A stretch of 64,000 bases of DNA from Podarcis liolepis. Its lineage: Eukaryota. Shown here one piece after another: positions 51,690 through 64,000 of the stretch. The notes below the pieces were generated by a model. That model ran no database searches. It saw nothing but the letters and a program-made list of their open reading frames with translations, and had not been told where the DNA came from. The stretch lies in the NCBI GenBank assembly GCA_965112155.1, contig OZ218103.1; one strand, 5' to 3'. How positions within the stretch are numbered: position 1 is the first letter of the stretch; each line of letters starts with the position of its first letter. Both the position numbers and the translations under genes were made by a program.

Positions 51690-53100
51690 GCTCCTAAGAG
51701 CCGAAATGGTTCCTGCTTCCTTTGGGGTGGGAGGTGGTAGAAATCCCTTTATTCCTTTGGTTGCTGCCTCCAGGTATCCCCTCCCCCTTCCTACTAACAC
51801 ATCCTAGGCTTGGCAGTTGGGTTGTGGCTCCAAGGGTGAGGGCAGCAATCTGAGTTGGGTAGGTGTGTACCAGAATCTCTTGATGCTGATGGATGATGGG
51901 CAGAAGGAGGCTGGGTGCTCCACATGATCTACCATGGGGCACTGCTTCTGCATCCCTGACCCATAAGGTATGTGGCTGCGTGTGGAACCCATCACAGAAC
52001 TCTTTCTCATAAAACTTTCTTGCATGCCCATAGCAAGCATGCATGCTTAATGGAGCAGCACATTGGAGGATTGAGGTAGCAAAGAGAATACTTCCTGAGG
52101 TCTATAGCAGGGGATGGAAGGGCAGGTCCCAGGGCCAGTCTTAGGACAAGAGGAAATAGGAACTTCAGGGACCACTCTGGTTCCTCCTCTAGAAGCTCTT
52201 CCAGGGCTTCTTGTACTTCCCACAAGCCTGCAGCCTATGGGTTCCAAAGAGGCACCTCCTCTCTTTGTTGGGGGAGGGATGACAACCCCCAAAAGAAGCA
52301 AGCCAACACATTCCCTTCATTGGCTACGATAGTGCCACTGCGCAAAGCTAAGCCACCATGTTCCCATTGACCCTGGGTTTCATTCCTAGCCAGGCCATGC
52401 AGCTATATGAGGCCGGGTCTGAATCCCCAAATACAGGAAGTGGCAGAGGGGGGAAGACTTTTGGAGTAAGACAGAAAGCAGCCTACCCTGCTGTTTCCTT
52501 TGGAAGTTTTCCTGGTGCTTTTGGTGAATGCTGCAGAAGCCACCCAGAAGGGAGCAAGAATCGCCTTCCCACAGGGTCCTCCATGGGCGTAGTCAGGATT
52601 TATGTTAGCAGGGGCAGGCTTCATGCTGGGGGGGGGGTGCAGAACCTCAGGTAAGTATTTTTATTGATTTACTTGATCTAGAGGGGCAGCTGTCCCCCTT
52701 AGCCACGCCCATGGGGTCCTCCTTAGGCATTGCACCTGCCTGAGGCTTTGAAGACAGAGTGGGTAAACCCAACTAAGGGCAAGCTTAGGCTGGCAAACAA
52801 GCTGCATTTCCTCCCCAAGAAAGCAGTGGAGCTGTTGTATGTGCCTGTTCATTTATTATGTCAGCTCCTAAACTGGGGAACGCCCAGACGAGGAGGCTTT
52901 TCTTATGTGACCTTTTCCCAGGTCAGGATGGTCCAGGTAAAGGAGGTTTTTGGGGAATATTTCTTTGTTTATTCAGCTCCCCAATCACTTCCAGTCTTGT
53001 TCTGGGGAGTATGGAAAGGCCATCATTTTGCTCTGTTTGCTAGCTGCAGAGGAGGTGCCCAGCCTCCCAAATAACCTTCAGCATCCTCTGAGAACAGCAG
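51690..53100 (+). mobile_element. Possible degenerate DIRS-type retrotransposon remnant
   Basis: GC-richer block; peptide LPEALKTEWVNPTKGKLRLANKLHFLPKKAVELLYVPV (52736-52849) resembles vertebrate DIRS gag (LAP2alpha-like); boundaries uncertain. Confidence 0.4.
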
Positions 53101-54248
53101 TCCACAGTAAGAACTTGTTTTTTCACAACAAGAACCTGTCTTGTGAATCTTGCTTTATTCCATTCCTTAAGTAGATGGCAAACAAATAGTTTTTGATTGA
53201 AACTGAGGCTTAGTGAGAGGTTTCTTCTGTAGTGTTTGATGGAGGAACTACTCAGAGCCTTCTGTTGAGTTGTAATAGGTCTCTTATTGGATTACAAAAG
53301 GAAGCTCATTATTCTAAATGTATAACCCACAAGTTTTCTACTCATTTAAATAGGGTGGGGGTGATAGTACTAGCCTACTTAGGCAGAAGAGAATGCATGT
53401 ATCTTCAGTTACTTAGTGGATCACATCTATCATCCCTATTTTCTGGAAATGGTTTATTTTATTATCCTTATTAGCAAAGTAAATCTGATAATGGAAGCCA
53501 GGATAATGATTGGCATTTTCCTGACTACTTCTGTTCTCAAGATAACTGCCAGAATGATGTCTCAAATAACTGCCAGAAGAATGTAGCAGTATTTGGCTGT
53601 ATACAAAGCACCTGTAACATCACCATCATAACAGTAATATAACATTGAAAGTTTGTTTTCAAGTCAAATAGCTTTTCACGAAAGTAAGAAGCCAAAATTG
53701 TTGCAAATGCCTATTGTGGAGAAAATAAAAACAAGTCCACACTTTTTGGAAGGGTACAGCTTTTAAAGTCCATCAGGATACTCAGTTTACTGCCGTATAC
53801 ATATTTTAATGGAAAATTGATTGTGGGGTATGAAAATATAGTTTCTCTTTATTTGGTGTACCAGCAATGTGTAACTGGGTATTTACAATGTAAGACTGCA
53901 ATTGTATGCACTCTTATTTGGGGGGGTAAATGTCATTTATCTCAGTGGAACATATTTCTGAGTGAGTATGCATAAGCTGGGATCAGACTGCACTTACATT
54001 ACTGATTTACACTTCTATATGAGTATTTACTCTGTTTTGTATATGATAACCTTTTAGGCATTTCAGAATTTGTTAGTTTGCTTGTAATGCAATCCTAAGC
54101 ATACTTCCCATTTTACTACTGAGCAGACCTGCTTGGACAGGAGACTGGGATATGCCATTTCATAGTGATATTCTATGCATAAATGCTTATGTTTTTAGAA
54201 AATGCTTATTCTCCCTCCCTTTTCTCCATTTGTTAATGCATTCTATAG

Positions 54249-54260
54249 AGGAAAAGTCCG
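54249..54260 (+). CDS. SGIP1: SGIP1 exon 8, 12-nt microexon (RKSP)
   Basis: Pyrimidine tract, tgc, ctatag|AGGAAAAGTCCG|gtaaga. Confidence 0.93.
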
Positions 54261-55374
54261 GTAAGAAATTATCTATCCCGTTTTCTTTCTTTGTATCTAT
54301 CATTTTAATGGATTATTTGCATTAGCAAGTATTCACTTTATTTATCTTTTAAAAAAACAGTCTATAAAACCAAGAATATAAAATGCAAAATCTTATTATT
54401 TACAGGTACTGGTAATTTTCCATTTGGCTTTCTTTATGAGTGGTGGCTAATCCCATTCAATTCATACTGCACATAAATATATGTAATGGTATGAAGCTTT
54501 AAATCTTAACAATGCTGGAATAAATGGGGACTTTGCAAAGTTCCACAAGTAAAGTATGAACCTCTGTAACTCTACTTCTGGTTTCTTGGCTGTTCATAAA
54601 ATCATTCAGCCATAGTATTTTGTGACCTATTATCATCACCATTATTATTTATTAAATTTGTATACTACTCTTCAGCTGAAGATCCAGTGCTGGATTTCAC
54701 TGCATTAATTTCTCCAAGTTTTTTAGACAACATGAAGACTGCTGTACAGTCTGGTTCAACCAGACATCCAGGACTTTGCTATATTGATATGCTAATTTGA
54801 CTCCTTCCCTAAATTATGGAGACATAAAAAGGGGGTTAGCACCTCCACCACTAAATTCATGTGTAAGCTTTTATATCCACAGTAGTTTTCTTTCACTTTC
54901 ATTGGGCTTATGACATCTGTACCCATCCTGCCAAGGAATACATGTTGCATATTTATGAGAATTAGACCTATTTGGTTTACTCTGCTTTGTGGTGGAAGTC
55001 AGAGCAAAAGCACAATTGCAGCAACAACCTGCACTGGCATGAAGAGAATAACATGACAGGCACTTTCATCTTATCTGTAGACTCATCATGACGGAACTAT
55101 TTCCTGCAATAATGTGCACACTTTCCGCAGTTCAACTAGCTACTACACGCATGTGTAAACAGGTTTTCACTTAGCTACCCCTTCCCGATACAACAGTTGC
55201 AGCTGAGGGCATGTAGCCCTCTTAAAAAAGCTGAAATCTGTTGTAAGGCTATTTGGCAGTAAGAACAGAATTCAGTCCCCTTGGCCAGCAGCTGATCAGT
55301 GAATCTTAGCTTTGTTTAAAAGGCTATATGTGCACGGTCTCAGCTGCTTCATATGATGTTCTGTAGGATCAGAT

Positions 55375-55615
55375 CAGGGCTGGCCCACCCATGAGGAGAC
55401 TCCCTCATGGGCGCCCCACTAGCAGAGAACCAGCAGTGGCAGTTTCTGGCTAGATCTCATGTGCTTTACAAGATCCTGCCAGAGCTCGCCACTGCTTCTC
55501 AGGTGCTGCCGCACAACCCAGGTAAGGGAGGATTTTGTGGGGTGGCAGGAGGGTGGCATGGCATGACACATTCCTCTTTTGTCTCAGGCAGTGAAGTGGG
55601 GCCTCTCTGCCCCTG
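55375..55615. mobile_element. hAT-type MITE (241 bp)
   Basis: CAGGG...CCCTG termini; perfect 8-bp TSD GATCAGAT at 55367-55374 and 55616-55623. Confidence 0.8.
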
Positions 55616-57089
55616 GATCAGATCCATGGTCTGCTTTTGTACAAATATAAAGTCAGGAAAATTGTGTCTGTTTGGTGGGCCGAGACCAAACTTTGAAAAA
55701 GAAATGTTGATGAAATGTGAGGCTAAATTAGTGGCATACTAGATATTTGCAGATTCCTTTCCCCAGCCTTAAATGTCACAGATAAGTAGAAGTGGCAAGC
55801 AGTTGCTTACTGGAAAGAATGAAAGGAAAATATGTATTGACAAATTCTTTGCTAGTGTGCATTGGCATTGTTCCACTGAAGTTACTGAAACTGTGTGAGA
55901 TCATGAGCACAGTAGTATCCAAGCTATAGCCAAAAATAGCCCAACTCTCTCCAGAGAGCACTGCTGCTTCAGTTATATTTATTTATTTTAGAGGTTTACA
56001 TACCACCAGTAAACAAAGTATCTAAGCGCTGAAGACAACACACCCATAAAAGAGCATAAATGCTATCAATTACTCGGCATTTCCTGGTTAGTTTGATTTG
56101 CATTGCAGTATGATTCAAAACTGATCCTTGTGCATCTTCAGCTCTGTTGTTTTTATAATCTCATCTAAATCTATAACCAAGAACATTTTTGAACATTTAT
56201 GCACTCATGTTCAACAAGTGTCTCACCTATATTCCTTTATTTGGACAGTCATAAATACATTATTACCCATTTTGGTACGGGGGAATTAAGAAGGATGGCT
56301 TGCCTAATCTCTCTTTGCATCTTGTGTACTTTTGTATGCCACATTTCCTGTTTTTATAAGAATTAATGTGATCATTCTTCGGAAAACTCGTGACGTGTGT
56401 GCCTGTTTGTCTGTATTTCTCTACTAATTTCTTGCTGCAAATAAGCCAATACAGTAGAACTCTAATTTGCCAATTTATTTTTTAACAAGGATTTACTAGA
56501 GAGATATGAGAAGGGGACCTTGAGGGCAGATTAAAATTTGCTAGGTTTCTTAATAATCGATGTTTCACCCTTCCATACCTATGGCATGTCTCCCTTTAGT
56601 TAGGTTTATGGGGTATCAATGGGTCGAACTACAAACGACAAGGTAGATCTGTGATTGGATAATTTTTGTTTTAAAAACTTAAGAGCAGTGACAAAGAGCC
56701 CCTCAGCAGCTCTGAGTTGAGGGAGTATTTAACCCTTTCCCCCTGGTCAGTTCCAGAATTTGGAATGCTATGTGCAGGCTGCCATTCTAGGTTCCATCCT
56801 ATCAGAGTATCTAAGCTGGGCAGCCCCTTTGGTATTTGCTGCAATAGGCCTCAAGGAGCCTCAAAGTTAACCATTTGTTTCCAAAATTTCTGCAGACATC
56901 TATATAGCTTACTCATTAAAAGGACATCAGATAGGGTCGGGGTCTTCATGAGACAGGGGGAATCTGGGGAAATTGTTTACTTAATGTGTGAAACTAGAGG
57001 AAGATCTCATCATCCAAAGTCCTTTTTTTATTATTGATCTGTCACTCTCTGACTAGGTACCTTTCTCTCTTCTTTTTTGCTGATAACAG

Positions 57090-57101
57090 AGGCGCAGCCC
57101 G
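57090..57101 (+). CDS. SGIP1: SGIP1 exon 9, 12-nt microexon (RRSP)
   Basis: Pyrimidine tract, tgc, taacag|AGGCGCAGCCCG|gtaaga. Confidence 0.93.
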
Positions 57102-59117
57102 GTAAGATGACTTTTCGCGTTAAATCAGTAGCACGAACGACTGGGAGTGTTTGTCATCTGGGTTTAATTTAAATTAGTTTTGTGAACTGCAAGTACAGCA
57201 AATTGATCTAACTTAAAAGTAATTAGGTGAAAATTACTGTTCTTTCAGGGGTGTGTGGCTATCTGTAGCAGCCTTTTTCTGTTATTGAAATACTGAATGG
57301 AACCATACTGGCACTGCTACAGATTCCACATAATACCTGTTCCACATTTGTAAAAAAAATCCATTGTTTTGTGTGGCAGCACCTCCTCTTTGGAACTCCC
57401 TGCCTATTGCGATCAAGCAAGTGCCTTCACCGTACTCTTTTCAGTGCCTGCTAAAAACATTCCTGTTTAGACAAACCTACTCCTAGATACTTAGAAAGCT
57501 GAGGTAATTTTAATCTGTTTTAGTATTTAAACTTGTGTATATTTTAAAGTAGGGTTGTGAATTTTCTTGATTTTATTGTTTATCTTTTTTTAAAAAAAAC
57601 AGTCAAGCAATTTCTAAATTTTATTAAATAAATCAAATATTGCTTAGGAATTCTTTAATGTCTTTAAAGAGTAGTGCCACTCTTGAAACTGTCCTACACA
57701 GAAACTGTCATTCTTGGAGAAATGGATAATTTTTGGATTACTTCATTTTGAATAAACAGTCTGCCAACTCTCATGATTGTTCAGAAAATTTTTAAACCAA
57801 TTTCTGCATAGAACAAGGAAGCAACGATGCTAACTGAATTGAGCTATTTCCAAGATGAACTTCCCTGTTTGTTTTTCTTTTTCTTTTGTTTTTGAGGTTC
57901 TGACCAGAATTTTTTCACACTTGCTATTCCAGAATAAGAATACATCCATATACTTCCTGCAATGTATTCTCTTGATGTGAGAAGGCGCCTATTTAACAAA
58001 AATGTGCAAAAAAATAGCTTGGTCTTACAGCTTACTATTGGCTTCAAAAGAGAGAATTTGATGGAACATTATTTGTTTAATTGGCACATGTTAACATCAG
58101 ATATCTCATAGGCCGATAATATGCCTAGCATATCCATTAGAATATTTTTCTGAGGACTGACTACAGAATCGAAATCTTGGCAAGAATCAGCTAGTGACAT
58201 GTTTGGCTAGGAACCAATTCTCTTTCACCAGACTTCTGCCTACAGCGCTAACAATAATTTTGTTGTCCTTAATAACTCCCTTCCTTGAAATTTGGTGTTA
58301 CTGTCTCTTCCTGTAGCTTAGAAGTATTCTTAGTGGAGATATTATTACAAACCGTGATTTGAAAGGAGAGGTTTTTGCAAGAATTTGCCTAGAAAAACTG
58401 TTTTCTTTGACAATACATGCATTTTGCAGGAACATTATGTGAGTGAAGGATGGATGGATGATGGTGGCAGAGACATGAGGATTAGTGACTGACAGTAAAT
58501 TTGCCGTATCTTCCGTGTTGCTATAGCAAATACTGTTGACAGCTGTTCTGATACCTTTTGCATATTCAGACATTGTTTCCCACCTGCCTCCTACTTTCCG
58601 AAGTTTTATCTCCTTCCCCCTGTCCCCACCAATTGTTTCTTTATATCTTCTGAAATATTAAAGCCTGCTTGGAAACATGTTTGATTTCAGTCCAAAGCCA
58701 GTGATCAAGTGTGTGAGACTAAGTATGAGTTCATTAAGAAGTTCTAGAACAGTAAATAAATTACTTGTCAAGCTCTCTGGATTTGTTTGGCACATCGTTG
58801 CAATTCCAAAATGTATGATCACTTTTTGTTTGTTTGTCTTGATTCAAAAACCTGAAATTCTCAGACAGTGCATTTGTAACAGCTAATCAAATATTCTATT
58901 TGCCTATATCTGGTATATGTGTGTGAATGAATCTGCACTGGGGTACAAACGTCCAAAATGAAGAATGTGAATCCAAGTTAATGTATATTTTATTTTAGCA
59001 GTGTTAATGCCTAATTCTGTTTTCTTTCTTTTCAACTAAGGCAAGCTGCCATTTATTGTACATGTCTAAAAGTATAATCCTATAGTCCTAAACTGTAGTT
59101 TTTGCTTTTAATTGTAG

Positions 59118-59142
59118 GGTTCAATTAAAAGGAATTTATCTA
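59118..59142 (+). CDS. SGIP1: SGIP1 exon 10 (GSIKRNLS[S]), 25 nt
   Basis: ttgtag|GGT...TCTA|gtaagt. Confidence 0.94.
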
Positions 59143-59956
59143 GTAAGTATATCTATTTATTGAATTTTGTTGGGACACAATATATCTCAGGAAGTTGGAT
59201 ATATTTAGAATCATCAAGATTACATAATTTTACATCTTAATTTTCAAACTCTAGAATCATTGCAACAACTAATTTTTAAGAGACTAAAGTCTATATATTG
59301 TTAATGGGATAGTCCTCAAAATGCTATGAGGACATTATTCCATGCACTAGTATTAAATTATGCATGAATCCATAATGTAAAATTAACAGACTCTGACAGT
59401 CTCAAAATGAGATGACGCATTTTAAATGAAAAGGCATATGGAGTATTTGCAATTGGCTGAATGCACAAACCAGTTCAACAGGGCCTAAAATTACAAGATG
59501 TTCGTAATCTGAAACGATGAAGGGTATGGCTGAAATGGGATTTTCTAAAGCTTTTCCATAAAATTGGGCCACATGAAAATAAGTTAATGGCAAGTCATGG
59601 AGTCAGTTTATTATCTCACAACAAATGCATTATATGTTTTTAAGATAGCAAATGAATAATATTTTTAGCAAGTTATATTCTGTTAAGAGACACCCACCAT
59701 GGGTAATGTGAGGGGAGCAATTTGAAGCTGGAAGGCCATTCAGGGTCACGTTGACATGAATTATGAAAACTGGTTCAAATTATTCTGGAGAGGGACAACA
59801 TAGTTAAGCTAGTACTATATAAGTACTAAAACTAGTGAGAAATGGACTAGTCGAAGGAACACTGTGGTGGTGCTGACATTATCAAATAGTTATGTGAACA
59901 AGTTTTCTAGAAGACACTATGAGAAAATTACCTTAAAATGGTGTCTTATGTGCCAG

Positions 59957-60008
59957 GTGAAGAGATAGCAAGGCCCAGGCGTTCAACACCTACTCCAGAG
60001 CTTCTAAG
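59957..60008 (+). CDS. SGIP1: SGIP1 exon 11 (EEIARPRRSTPTPELL[S])
   Basis: tgccag|GT...AG|gttagt; 52 nt. Confidence 0.95.
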
Positions 60009-60424
60009 GTTAGTATAAATGTTAAACTACATTTTAAAAAAACCTCATTCAAAGCCATGGATGGTGTGGAATCCTTGTACCCAAATGATGTACGTGCTCT
60101 TGTTCTGGCTTACCAAGTCCTATCTGTCAAGTCTGTGCACACCTCATTATAGGAAAAGGCAGTCCCTTTTCCCTCTTTATGGAATGTAGCCTACTGAACA
60201 AAGATAAGTCACATCAATTGCTCCACCCACTTTTTGCCTCTGGCCCTGCCCACCGCTGCAATGCGGCCCTCAACTGCTTTCCTTTGAGGAAACGCTGCCT
60301 TGAACTGAAAGTGGTTCCCCACCCCTACTGTAAAAAAAAAATCAAAATCAACTCTGCCTGTCACCACTGCTGAATAAAAGATCCTTGCGCATAATTATCA
60401 TTCAGCATCTGTGTTGTGCTGCAG

Positions 60425-60510
60425 CAAAAAAGCCCCGGAAGATCCTGCAGTACTAGCGCCACTATTTGGTCCACCTCTGGAGTCTGCATTTGAAGAAGAG
60501 AAGTCAGAAG
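60425..60510 (+). CDS. SGIP1: SGIP1 exon 12 ([28 protein letters not shown])
   Basis: ctgcag|C...G|gtaggt; 86 nt; [10 protein letters not shown] motif shared with FCHo proteins. Confidence 0.96.
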
Positions 60511-61272
60511 GTAGGTGTTGCCAGTTAACTTTATCAATGTACCTTTATATGTCTGACATGACGTTTTGTTTAATTTGTTTTACATCTTTATTTCATATGC
60601 CCGGGTTCTCTGAAGAGGGGTGGGCTACAAACTCAGTGAATCACATAAATAAATATAAACTGTTTGTGAACGCAAATGAGTCTGTGAGTATGTATGTGTG
60701 CACTTGGTGAAATCTGCCATAAGTTAAAAAGGAGAAAGAAGTGTTTAGCAGTTTCTAGGCAACCACATGATGTTAATTCCTAGACAAGAAGCAACTAATA
60801 TTTGTCCAGTGTTTGCTTTTCTGCCCTGTGGGGTGGTTGGTGCTAAGGGGATCTTGTCCCAAGTCTAAGTGTAGGGTTCAGCTAACACCCCTTACAGTCC
60901 ACTTGTTACTTTCCACCAGTGCTTCCTAGCCTTTCCCAATCCTGGCCTTAGTCAAGAGCAAGCTGGGTTGCTGATTCCTATTATATGTGACCCAGAAAAA
61001 ACATGGGATCAGGCCATCCGAGGTGAGAATGGGGCCGAATACTTCCTTTCCTCACTCATTAATCTGAATGGACAGACCTGCATGAAAATCTCTTGTGTTG
61101 ATTCTAACTCAGCACTGAATTAGGGGAATGCTTGTGGTAATTTAGGTGTCACTGTAAAGCTTTTGTGTTTTGCATATGACAGCTCCAACCATGTTGCTTT
61201 TATTGGCAGAAATCCTGATACCAGAAAAGCAGTTAACTTCCTCATTGGCTAGAGGCACCAGGAGGCCATTGA

Positions 61273-61274
<2 letters not shown>

Positions 61275-61347
<73 letters not shown>
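61275..61347. repeat. (TC)n(TG)n compound microsatellite
   Basis: Seen directly. Confidence 0.95.
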
Positions 61348-61350
<3 letters not shown>

Positions 61351-61649
61351 CATGCATCCAGGGCAGAAAGACGCTCAGAATGGTATTCACTGATTTGGTG
61401 GTATATGCATTTCCCAGGACTGAAATTCATTTGTGGGTTTTGAAAAATGGTTATTAACAATTTATTTCCAAAAAAATCATATTCTCGTTACATTCTCTTC
61501 TCATTTTCCTCCTGCCATAATCTATCAAGTAACTCCTACAGTTCAGTGTTCGATTCGACTGATGCTGCTAAAGAGAAGCTCTGTTTGGAATTAAGTTCTC
61601 ATGTTACTTCTAGATTTGTATGCATCATGTTATATGTCTGTGACTTCAG

Positions 61650-61742
61650 CTCCCATAGATCACTCTGAGGTCTGGGGTTCTGTGCAGCCAGCAAGTCCAA
61701 GTGTAGAATCACCAAATTCATCACGACCTTTTCCATCTGGAA
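61650..61742 (+). CDS. SGIP1: SGIP1 exon 13 (PIDHSEVWGSVQPASPSVESPNSSRPFPSG)
   Basis: cttcag|CT...GGAA|gtaagt; 93 nt; phase 1-1. Confidence 0.93.
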
Positions 61743-62750
61743 GTAAGTTGAGGCATCTCCTATTTGAAAAATTGTTGGGGTTTTTCATTTTGTTTTTCAC
61801 TACAAAACACAGAAACGTGAGATGGAAGTGGCAATGTTGAGGGTTATTGCTCATTATACTGTCATGGAAGCAAAGAGATATTAGTTGAATTATGCATTGG
61901 AAACGCAGCTTTCAGAAAAGGCAAAGAGACGATTCGGAGTCCCTGGGGAGAAAAGCCTCTGTGATCTCAATTTGCAAAGCTAAACCTGACTCCTTCCTAT
62001 CCGAAAGACAAGTCACCTAGCAACCGGTGCCGCATGCCATAAATACACAAGCTCCTAATAAGAACCAAAAATTGGATTTGTGGATGTGGAAAAGCAGAAT
62101 AAAAGTTAACAATATTTATTTTAAAACATATAGTTCACTCTGGAGACTGGAAACAAAAAAATTGTCATCTCATAAAATATCAACCACAACAAAAGGCAGG
62201 TGATTCCTGGTGCTTAGACCATGGTGATGGGGGGAGAAGAGGGATTTATTTATTTTTACCTATCTTCTTCTGCAGGGATGAGAAACCCTTTTTGCTCTCA
62301 AGAGCCACCTGCAGCAATAGGTAGAACCTGGGGATGGGGAAGTACACATGCACCCTTACACACAGTCGTGTGAAGTTTACTTGACTTTACCTCCCCAACA
62401 CAACTGTGCTTCCCAACCCTGTGACTGTAGCGGATACAGAGAAATGCAAACAGAATTCCATTCACACAAGGGGTCTTTGTCCTTCCATTGCAGTCAAACC
62501 AGAGGGCTGCTTCTGAGAGGTCAGGGACCCTCCTGGACAGCATGGAATGAAATGTGGTGGCTGCAGCTAGAGGAGGGAATTGGCAAAAATTAGGGGACTT
62601 GCCCAAGCAGAAGTGGCTTCCACTTGCGGAACAGACTTTGGATCTCAGCCATCCTTTGGTTGAATCTCTAGATACGACTGTGAGTTTATATTTATTTATT
62701 TGACGAATGTTGTCTATTCTTAACTTAAAATTCTTCCATTTGGCTCACAG

Positions 62751-62825
62751 CACCTCCACCTCTTCCACCTAAGAATATTCCAGCTACACCTCCCCGCACT
62801 GGTTCTCCTTTAACAGTTGGAGTAG
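62751..62825 (+). CDS. SGIP1: SGIP1 exon 14 ([24 protein letters not shown]; proline-rich region)
   Basis: tcacag|CA...GTAG|gtaagt; 75 nt; phase 1-1. Confidence 0.96.
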
Positions 62826-64000
62826 GTAAGTATGTTTAGCATAAATGACTTTTAGATGTGTAAGATCTCTGCTTTACTGCAAAGTAACTGTGCTTCTATT
62901 CAGTGCAAATTATAATTTGTAATGTGAACAGAATATGAAAACTTGTAATCATTTCCTAATAACAACCATCTAATTAGATGCATTTTATGCATATATGTTA
63001 TCCAGGCATTTAATATTTTCATCTGCCTTCAGATACCATAGCAGATTTTCTTTCTTCAGCAAAAAAAGAAGTACAAGCCTAAGTAGTGCATAATCTTTTT
63101 TTCTAAACCCCTTGAGATTTTAAAATGATTTCTGATGTCTGTATTGTATTCAGATATTGAACACGTTTCCCATTAAAGTACAGCTATGGTAGTAACATTT
63201 TGTATGAACAATTTGTCAATAACTCTGTCAGCAAACTAATAATTTGTGTTATACCTGGTTTGGGTAAGAAGAAAAATCGGAGGAACTTTAGTGAGCCTGT
63301 CATGAATCTCAGCACACTTAGGCCTAGATGTAATTCAGAATAATAAAGGTTATATCTTGGCAGTATGGTCTTCATACAGAACTATGAGTTAATGTAGTTA
63401 AAATTATATAGGAATGTTTCTTGAAGCCATGTTTCTTCATGACTTGGGTCCTAAGTTGTTTCTCTGTTCGTGCAAGGTGAGATAAATCCACTCCTACCTT
63501 TGCACAAACAGATAAACTTAGGTTCCAAGTCGTGCAAGGGCAGGAATGGTTTATCTCACCTCCCCCTCCATCAGCAGCCCACGAGGTTCTCATACCGCCT
63601 CCATTCTCCAGGATTATATTTTTGGGACACAGGAGACTGCAGAGGGAAGTGAGAGGTAGAAAACCCTGTTCTCTGAATGTGAACTCTTGAAAGGATCCTC
63701 AGGATCCAAGTGATTGTGGTACTCAGAGACAAGAAATAAGGAGCTTACCAGCATATAATTCATGTTGCAAGTGAACATCATTAGCTGTATGAACCGACTT
63801 GTAAATTTGAGCATTAATTGCTTTGCTTAAATGAGAAAACACAAAGATGGCTTCTAAAAAGATTAGCATACTATGCAACATAAATGTTACCTTGTACAAC
63901 AATACTTGCAGACTTGATGTTTTAAGTGTATTTCTCTTCAACTGTCTATAACTTTTGAATTACAAATTGTGTCCTCTGCAATTCCCAACTTCCAACCCTG

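Larger units (their letters stand above)
480..64000 (+). other. SGIP1: SGIP1 gene, 5' portion (exons 1-14; continues past window end). Start coordinate is approximate
   Basis: 14 exons with valid splice sites join in one frame to a protein matching the SGIP1 N-terminus ([24 protein letters not shown]..., DEEGYSIRP motif, APA region, start of the Pro-rich region). Confidence 0.97.

Noticed and set aside
59010-59046. Acceptor-like tract ending ctaag at 59040, upstream of exon 10
   Set aside because: 77 nt from the exon 10 acceptor (out of frame) and no convincing paired donor; cannot be supported without RNA data
1-64000. A novel multi-gene system, RNA genes or an autonomous TE
   Set aside because: No tRNA, rRNA, snoRNA or intact transposase/RT ORF was recognisable; the window is explained by SGIP1 exons, introns and TE remnants

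Overview
Vertebrate genomic DNA, very probably from a lacertid lizard (Sauria SINE, BovB/RTE LINE fragments and squamate MITEs). The window holds the 5' half of one + strand gene, SGIP1 (SH3GL-interacting endocytic adaptor 1; FCHo/muniscin family). I read the promoter/5'UTR and 14 coding exons (724..62825; 820 nt, 273 codons plus 1 nt). They splice in frame to [273 protein letters not shown]. The gene continues beyond the window. Almost all ORFs in the supplied track are intronic noise or TE remnants. I found no evidence of a wholly new biological system. The most notable signals concern RNA processing: a U12-type AT-AC minor intron, twin 12-nt microexons with UGC elements, candidate 3-nt and 84-nt cassette exons, two candidate poison exons, and upstream/overlapping ORFs at the start codon. 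The introns also contain a BovB LINE with two nested DNA transposons, a composite TIR element with a 6-bp TSD, and a perfect 125-bp tandem duplication. Comparisons with mammalian SGIP1 are from memory and need a real alignment.
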